Below, one piece after another: positions 57,242-64,000 of a stretch of DNA of 64,000 nucleotides (position 1 is its first letter; each line of letters begins with the position of its first letter). The notes below the pieces were generated by a model. It searched no databases and had not been told where the DNA came from. It was given only the letters and a program-made list of their open reading frames with translations. Origin of the DNA: Neophaeotheca triangularis (lineage: Eukaryota); assembly GCA_054600435.1 (NCBI GenBank), contig BAAIJX010000013.1:1-64000 (forward strand), in the 5' to 3' direction. Both the position numbers and the translations under genes were made by a program.

Positions 57242-60223
57242 TCATCTTATTCTCGGACCAGCAAAGACAGGGGCAGCAGCCGAAGGCACAAATGGTTTGG
57301 CATCCGGGCGCGGACTGCTGGACCCGGCACTACCGTCGTGAGTGTGCTCGCAGTTACCGGAGCCGTCACTCTCTTTGCGAGGGTAGGTGTCCGTCTGGGC
57401 GGCTCCGGCTGTTGCGTTGGCTTGAAGCAGCCATTCTTGTTGCTGCCGGGCTTCGAATTCGTAACTCGCGTCTTCATCGTCGGGCTCAGTAAACCCCGAG
57501 TAAGAGCTTAGCATAGAAGAGCTGCGGCCGCGAGGCGCCTGATTGAGGGAAGGCCTTTGGGAGTGGAAGGGAGAGTTGAAAGATTGGGCGTTGAAAGGAG
57601 GGAATCCATTTGCTTGTGGGCTGAGTGTGCCGTTTGGAGCAGGGAACGTGTTCTCTGGCGTCCCAGGGGACGAGTAGCCTGGATACGGAGGGGGTTGCGA
57701 GGATGCCCAACCGTGAGCGGTCTGTACTTGGTTCAAAGCTTCCGAAGCCTTGAAGCTCAGCTGCGCTGTTTCGGACTCCATCTGACTAATGTGGAACTGC
57801 ATCTGGCGCTCGTGTTCCGCTCGCGCTTGCAACTCCTGGGCGCGCTCGAAGTCGTGCTGCTGACGCACCGTCAAATCGGCGTTCTGTTGAGTCACCAGCT
57901 TTTCCAGGTCTCTGCTCCGCTGAGCGCGCCTGGTCTGCAGCTTTTCATGCTTGGACTCAATTGCCGTAATCTCGTTCTTCAGCGCGGTCAGCTCGCGGTT
58001 CTCATCACCCTGCGCAGCCTCGGCATCCTTCTTTGCTCCAGACATGGCACCCTTGGCTGCTTGCCAGCTACGTCGCCTTGCATCTGCCTTAGCAAGCTCG
58101 TGCTCGGGAATCGCACCAAAAGCCTCAATCTCGTTCTTGAAGTCTGCTGTAGCCTCTTCTGCCTGATGGAGATGCTGCTGGAGCTGCATCTTGCGGCGCT
58201 CCTGCCGTTCGTCCTGCCCACCGGAGGAATCCAGCTTGCTCCGGGAGTTGCTGTTTTCCTTCTTGATGTCAGTATTTACCGCGCGCAGATCTTTTTTGCT
58301 TTTCCTGGCTTTGTTGCGGGCTTCTCCAAGTTTGGTTTCCGCAGACTGAATTGATTGTTTGAGTGTGCTGATAGGCGAGGACGGACGAAGCGCTTGATGC
58401 TGAGGCTGTGCGGTGGTCGAAGAAGCCTGCTCCGTGCTCGGCGTCTGCTGCGTAATGAGACTAGCAGAACACAGAGCTTCTTGGTTAGCCATGGCCACAA
58501 TCTCGCAGTGGTAGCTGCTCAATGGCGCCAGCCCGAAAATCTCGCCATCGAATCGTTCAGTAGGCTTAGTGGCCTCGCCCTCTGCGGCCGGGACGGGCAA
58601 AATTCGGGTAGAGCTCCAAGCAGCGCCATTGACCCTCACAAAGAACGGCTTCGTCTTGTCAATCCCTGCACTCGCGACAATTCCCTCCTCCAGTCGATCG
58701 GCGTTTTCGGAGGCAGCTTGCGGAGATAGTTCAACGCGAAAGACTATACCCGTGTCGCGTACTTCGCATATCCACAAATAATCCGTGGCAGTGATAGTGC
58801 TTGCAAATGTAGGCGGCGTTTCGCTTTCCATAGCCGATGCTTCTCGTGCGTCGTCCGCAGCGTCTCTCTGTTCCATTTCTTTGACAAACGTAACTTTCGT
58901 ACTGGCGATAGCTGCCCAAAGTGGCTGGTGGCTGCGCACTTGATTGGCTTGCTTTCGCTTCTTCTTTGTACTTGACTCGCGGATTCGGCTGTCTCGATGT
59001 GCTGATGGTAATCCTGGCGGACGACTGTCGGTACTTCCAGCGAGTGCTGGGTTGTGTGTGCTATCGTATCCACCAGAGGCGCGAACCCATGCATCTGCTG
59101 TCGGTCCAGCGTCGGTATCTGAGCGAGCGAGTGTTGGTACTTTCGAGCTTTGTTCGTTTGCTTTGGACAAATAGCGACGTATGCAGGTAGTGACACCCTG
59201 CGAAACAATATGTATACCGAGTAGCGTCCGAAACATCGTGTTTGTCCATCCATGATTAGGCCAAGGCGAGCCAAAAGTTGACGAGGAAGCCGTAACATCA
59301 AGTGGTATGACCAAATCCCATTTGTGCAAGACCGAACGGGCATATTCGAACGCTGTCAGATGTATTGCCTTGTAGCGTAACACGTGAACGACGCAAACGA
59401 TTAGGCTGCACAATGTTATACTATAAGTTGAGGTAGTACTCGCCGATGCTGCACCGCTGAGCGAGACGGCCATTACAGCTTGCGAAAGGTCCAGAAACAT
59501 GCCTTGTAGGGGTGTCCATAGCGGGAGATAGCAGACATAGAAGATCATGTCCACTATTAGAATGGTCGCTAGTGCGGGGGCACCGAAATTGGAGGCATTG
59601 AACAGCTCCCGGACGCTGGGTAGGGTAGACAGTGAAATCCCGGATGAGGGTGGGACAAATGTTAGCGTCGCGAAGAGTGTTTGGACGACCAAGCCGAGCG
59701 TAGGCGGTAAAGACAGCAGGAGGATAAGGATCGAAATTGCGTCCCGCAACGGGTAATAGCTGAGGATGGTCGCGAACTTGTCAAGGGTGCCGATTGTCTG
59801 CGATACGACGGTCTTTTGCGCAGACGCCTGCGCCTCGACGTGGGGTGTCGAAGCCAAATCATGCATGTTGTCCATAACCTCTCCGAGAGGACCTACCTCG
59901 TCCAGCGAAGCGTCAGATGAAGTTCTTTCTTTTTCGGGACCTGCTGAGCCAGCATGTTCTCGGCCCGCGGGTTGCGAGGCAGGCTCTGACGGAGAGGGGC
60001 CTTCTTTTTGCCGGGGAAAGTTGAAGCCCTGGTTTAGGCCAGTGGTGGGAAGGGGTGGCGGCGAGACTGGCGTGGTTGTCTGAGGCTTGCCATTGACATT
60101 GGCAGCGGCGCCGAGTTGACCGTTTGAGCGCTGTTTCCTAACCGGCCGTCCGGGAGCGGCGAGGCCGGTGTCGTGACGGGTGTCTCGCTGATTCGGTGCC
60201 TTTGCCGCCTTCTTCTGAGGCAT
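57242..60223 (-). CDS. acrB: Ubiquitination-network signalling protein AcrB-like (transmembrane segments plus a long coiled coil)
   Basis: DAISILILLLSLPP TM region, KKKRKQANQVRSHQPLWAAIAS, KPFFVRVNGAAW, EIFGLAP, LRPSSP and a C-terminal coiled coil. Recognised from memory as the Aspergillus AcrB family, not the bacterial efflux pump. Confidence 0.75.
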   Translation of the reverse strand: MPQKKAAKAPNQRDTRHDTGLAAPGRPVRKQRSNGQLGAAANVNGKPQTTTPVSPPPLPTTGLNQGFNFPRQKEGPSPSEPASQPAGREHAGSAGPEKERTSSDASLDEVGPLGEVMDNMHDLASTPHVEAQASAQKTVVSQTIGTLDKFATILSYYPLRDAISILILLLSLPPTLGLVVQTLFATLTFVPPSSGISLSTLPSVRELFNASNFGAPALATILIVDMIFYVCYLPLWTPLQGMFLDLSQAVMAVSLSGAASASTTSTYSITLCSLIVCVVHVLRYKAIHLTAFEYARSVLHKWDLVIPLDVTASSSTFGSPWPNHGWTNTMFRTLLGIHIVSQGVTTCIRRYLSKANEQSSKVPTLARSDTDAGPTADAWVRASGGYDSTHNPALAGSTDSRPPGLPSAHRDSRIRESSTKKKRKQANQVRSHQPLWAAIASTKVTFVKEMEQRDAADDAREASAMESETPPTFASTITATDYLWICEVRDTGIVFRVELSPQAASENADRLEEGIVASAGIDKTKPFFVRVNGAAWSSTRILPVPAAEGEATKPTERFDGEIFGLAPLSSYHCEIVAMANQEALCSASLITQQTPSTEQASSTTAQPQHQALRPSSPISTLKQSIQSAETKLGEARNKARKSKKDLRAVNTDIKKENSNSRSKLDSSGGQDERQERRKMQLQQHLHQAEEATADFKNEIEAFGAIPEHELAKADARRRSWQAAKGAMSGAKKDAEAAQGDENRELTALKNEITAIESKHEKLQTRRAQRSRDLEKLVTQQNADLTVRQQHDFERAQELQARAEHERQMQFHISQMESETAQLSFKASEALNQVQTAHGWASSQPPPYPGYSSPGTPENTFPAPNGTLSPQANGFPPFNAQSFNSPFHSQRPSLNQAPRGRSSSMLSSYSGFTEPDDEDASYEFEARQQQEWLLQANATAGAAQTDTYPRKESDGSGNCEHTHDGSAGSSSPRPDAKPFVPSAAAPVFAGPRIR

Positions 60224-61669
60224 TAAACGCGGGAGAGAGAAGATTGAAGTGTTGCGCTCGCAGTCGGGTCCCTCCCGGCTCGTCTAGCGTCAGACGGCGA
60301 GCCAGACGGGGAGACGGGGGGGGTTCTGGAGACGGCGAGTATAGGATGAGGTGGCGATATGGATGCGGAAGAGGTGTGTGTGGTGGTGGTGGTGGAGTCG
60401 GAGGAGGGGTGGTGAGGATACACACGAGAAAGAGAAGAGAGAGGGAGGGAGGGAGGTGTTGATGGTGGAGGTGCTTTGCAACAACCAAAGCGAAGCAGAC
60501 AGACGGGCAGCAGCAGTTCAAGCGTCGGCTTCTCCCGCGCCTTGCGTAAGGTTCTGACTTCTCAGCCTGGCAGCAATGGAACCTGAAAAGACTGCCCAGG
60601 TGCGACTAGAAGACGTCAACTTTCAAGCTTTCCAACCTTACATTAGTCATTGTTATTTTTTTCAGGTCCTTAACCGCCCGTAACAGAGCCGACAACACTA
60701 GGTACATACTCCTCAAGGTATAATATAATAAAATAAATAGGTGCCCGGACCGCTTGCCAACAAGCCGCAGACAGACAGCAAGGCGCCGCGCCCGTATGCC
60801 TAGTATCCCACGTCAAGATTACACTTCTTGTTGACGGTGGAAGACGTCGGCCGTCGGGATTTGATGTACGATACGATACCGCCGTTGCATCTCTCGCATG
60901 CAGTAGGCGGCCTACAACGAAAATAATATTGGCGGTCGTTGGTGGGTAGCCAGTAGCCACGTCTATGTTAGGTGTACCTATGTAATCGTTCGCAACGTAA
61001 CTACTACATACTCGCGCTGATGTCGGCAATTTCAGCCTCGCCCGCCGCTGCTACTGCACAGTCGATCTCCCTGTGCAATGTAATAACATGTTGAAAGAAA
61101 AAATACAGTACCTGTACCTATTAAGGTACCTACCTACGGTGAGGGGCAGGGCGAGAAGAGGGGTCGGGTCTCGAGAAAGAAAGACCTTCGCGGCTGAAGC
61201 ATTGGGCGCCACCGCTTTGCGAGAAACTCGTGGGACAAACAAAACTGTCACACCGCTGGCAACTTTTATTACTACGGATTCTTTACGGATTCACTGCCCT
61301 CCACGGAAGTTTGTATGAATGTACACGAGGAGTATTATTTTTCCCTTCTGCCGCATTTGACTCGTATCAACATGCAAGTTATCAGATCTCCGCATCACGA
61401 GACGTTCCATGTGCAGCTACCCATACTCCGACATACGGTCTGCTTTGTTGTAGACCAATCGTCTCCGGTCTGGCAAATAATGTACTTAATATTAACAATT
61501 CCGGGGTGCGTGGTTTGTCGAGTTCATTCGAGACTCTCGTGACCACTGGCTCCCACATCGTAAGGATTGTCAATCGGCCAGAGGTTTGAGCAAACGTCTA
61601 GCATCGGCACAATACTGCTCTAGTGACAGTGACCAGTCGCCATAATACTTATCTTCCCCATGTATGCGT

Positions 61670-62732
61670 CTACAACTCAACGGCCCCGTCTCGATCCCAA
61701 GTCTCCTTCTCCAACGCCCTGACCTGCTCCAACAACCCTTGAACCCTCTCACTATTTCTCCGCTTCGCCTCCTCTTGCAACTTCCAAGTCTGCTTGAAAA
61801 CATCCGCCATAAACGGCGGCAGTGCGACCTTCTTAGCCTTGGGATAGTCATACACAACAATATCCTCCACGATCCTCGCCGCGGGCCTCTGATGCAGCTC
61901 CGACAGAATCAACACATCCAGAATAAACGAATCCGTCGACTCCGTCGGTTCAGTCCGTAGTTTATGATAAATCGTAATATGATCCGGCCATTTCATCGGC
62001 TGCAACACGCACATCAGCTACACCCCTCCCCTCCCACCCACCACCACCACCACCACCAAACCTACACAGGGAGATAGACAAGGAACTCACAAACTTAAAC
62101 TCCGTCGTAATCTTCCTCAAAATCATGCCCGTTCCCCTCGGCGTCCACAACTCACTCCACTCCCTCGAATGCCCCGGGTCCACAAACCGCGCAATCTTCT
62201 GCGCCCACTGCACGCGCCCGGACTCGGCATAGCGGTTGTAAACGACATTGTTGACGTGACCCTTTTACCCGAGAAAAAAAAAGGGAGAGAATTAACACCT
62301 CAGAACCTGCGTCTTCTCACCCAGCCTCCCACCCCTGATATCCATCCACCCGTGCGTACTGCGGGAAAGAAGGCTTACCATACTGTCCATCTCGCCCCAC
62401 ACGACTTCCTGCCGGAACAGTCCCCGGCGCTTACGGTCTGTGAGGAAGCCCTCGCTCCCCGCTGTCAGTTGGCGCCAGTCGCGGGCCAGTTGTTGCAGGA
62501 TCGCGCCGGCTTTTTGCGCTTGCGGGGGGTGTAGGCCGAAGAGGATGCATTTTCCTACTCGTCCTTTGGTTTCGGAGAGCCAGCGGGGGTTTGGCGCGGT
62601 TGTGGAGGGGTCGGGAGGTGAGGCCGTTGGGATCGAGAGGGTTCGTCGTTGACGGGTGAGGAGGGTGGATGGTTTGCTGAGCTGTGGGCCAAGGGTGGAG
62701 GGGAGGGCGGAGGATGGGCGCGGGGGCGGCAT
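61670..62732 (-). CDS. Hotdog-fold thioesterase family protein, probably mitochondrial; exons 62732-62379, 62261-62091, 61999-61670
   Basis: VVWGEMDSM-GHVNNVVYNRYAESGRVQW (4HBT-like D-x-x-G-H-V-N-N motif), FKFPMKWPDHI and EDIVVYDY, with an Arg-rich presequence. Confidence 0.85.
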
Positions 62733-62932
62733 GGTGGTGTTGGATATAGTCGCTTGTTGTGTTGTACTTGGATCTGTTTAATCTATTATAAGAGAGAGAT
62801 GTTGAGATGTTGTGTGCAAATGAATAAGAGTGGAGGCTTTGATCGATTGTCCTGTAACTGGGCTGAAGCTGAAGCTCGAGTCGTTCCTGACCTCGGATGT
62901 CAGAGCTTCGATGATGAAAGACATCCTGTCCA

Positions 62933-62972
62933 TTCGTGTTCATCGTGTTCATCGTATTCATCGTGTTCATCG
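62933..62972. repeat. 9-bp tandem repeat (TCGTGTTCA), about 4.5 copies
   Basis: ..tcgtgttcatcgtgttcatcgtattcatcgtgttcatcg.. Confidence 0.85.
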
Positions 62973-63144
62973 CGATTAAAGTACATTCCTTCTACCTTTT
63001 CCTTTACAACATAGTCCCACGATCATAAGAACAGACCTAGTCCGATACAATACAATTGAACCGAAACACCCTCTTCCCGCTCGAAAATAACCCTCCGCCA
63101 CAGCAGTCGAGCATTCTCGACAACTATCTAGTCCCAGCATCACC

Positions 63145-63647
63145 ATGGCCGCCTCATCACCCCTCCGCCACGAAGTAATCCGCATATATAAAGGTATCCA
63201 TCTACACGCCATCCAACAACGCAAACATATAAGAATCAGAATGGCAAAACTGAACAGACAACCCATCTCCCAGAGCTCCTCTACATGGGCCGAGAATACC
63301 CTCTAGGCTACGCCTATTTCCGGCCACGCCTCCACAAAGCCTTTGCCGCCAAAGCCAACCTCCAGGACGAGGCGGAAATTAAAAAGGGCATCGAGCAGGC
63401 CGAGTACGTAAAGAAAGGTGAGAGACTAAGCCGTACAGCAGGAAGATTGTCTTTGATGGAATTCGGGAATGCTAATTCGATATCCGCATGTACAGAAATC
63501 GAAGCACTGTAAGACCCACCCTGCTCGCTGCTGATAAAAAAGTGGTATCTTCATTCGCATCCGTCCTTGTTAACGCCAGAACGCCCGCCCAGATACTACC
63601 TCAAACGCTACCGCGCGCTCAAACAGCGCTACTCGGCGCCTTCGTAA
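63145..63647 (+). CDS. LYR-motif protein, LYRM5/ETFRF1-like; exons 63145-63193, 63274-63417, 63496-63508, 63593-63647
   Basis: The spliced product is [67 protein letters not shown]. Three GT-AG introns, including a 13-nt exon. Confidence 0.87.
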
Positions 63648-63721
63648 ACCTCTGCGAAAGCCTCCACCAAACCCAAGCCCCCGGCAAACCGCTCAAATGA
63701 CCAAGCTCGAACGACAAGCTC

Positions 63722-64000
63722 TCAATCCTCCGCAATCTTAGTAGCCCACCAAGCACCCACCTCCAAGCACTCGCCGCTTAGCGCCTTCTTTGCTGGGTCC
63801 ATGAGATTTGTCATCATCGTCGCCCACCAGTGACTCCATTCTTCCGAGTTCTTGCCGCAAGCTTCCTTGAGTAGGGGCTCTAGGCTTTCGATCATTTGCA
63901 CTACGGTCAGGAGTGCTGTTTGGCGGAGTGCGGCTTGGTCAGCTGTGAGACCGGTTTCGGTGGACTTGGATTTACTTTTTGCCGGCGCTTGGTCGAGGGC
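63722..64000 (-). CDS. 3' end of a gene running off the window, possibly a SAM-dependent methyltransferase
   Basis: 93 open codons ending ..IESLEPLLKEACGKNSEEWSHWWATMMTNL..GECLEVGAWWATKIAED*. The family guess rests on the C-terminal motif only. Confidence 0.55.
   Translation of the reverse strand, partial: ALDQAPAKSKSKSTETGLTADQAALRQTALLTVVQMIESLEPLLKEACGKNSEEWSHWWATMMTNLMDPAKKALSGECLEVGAWWATKIAED

Noticed and set aside
1..64000. Transposons, RIP-degraded repeats, tRNA/rRNA genes, CRISPR, and scattered (TAGG)n runs as telomeric repeats
   Set aside because: No transposase or RT motifs, TIR/LTR pairs, AT-rich blocks or RNA gene folds were seen. The TAGG runs are short, common fungal intergenic repeats rather than TTAGGG arrays.

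Overview
Eukaryotic (fungal, most likely Dothideomycete) genomic DNA with spliceosomal GT-AG introns. The first half holds a DHN-melanin-type cluster, all on the + strand: a CMR1/Zmr1-type C2H2+Zn(II)2Cys6 regulator (7427-10499), a trihydroxynaphthalene-reductase-type SDR (13923-14726) and an intronless non-reducing PKS (24695-31219; SAT-KS-AT-PT-ACP-ACP-TE), followed by prefoldin subunit 3. A divergent pair of unrelated genes (an unknown protein and a JID1-like J-protein) lies between the reductase and the PKS. Long gene-free regions precede CMR1 (at least 7.4 kb) and the PKS (6.7 kb). The second half is gene-dense: MED14, ATG22, an AtsA-like sulfatase, an ASPM-like CH/IQ protein, SEC14, an AcrB-like protein, a hotdog thioesterase, an LYR protein, a partial putative methyltransferase and several hypothetical proteins. 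I saw no transposon, RNA gene or CRISPR. The best new leads are a shared ACGCC-n-CCATGGCC motif about 0.7 kb upstream of all three melanin genes, a possible zinc-finger-less CMR1 isoform, and a recurrent C-rich to G-rich switch near gene 3' ends. All calls come from manual reading and family recognition; no searches were run.
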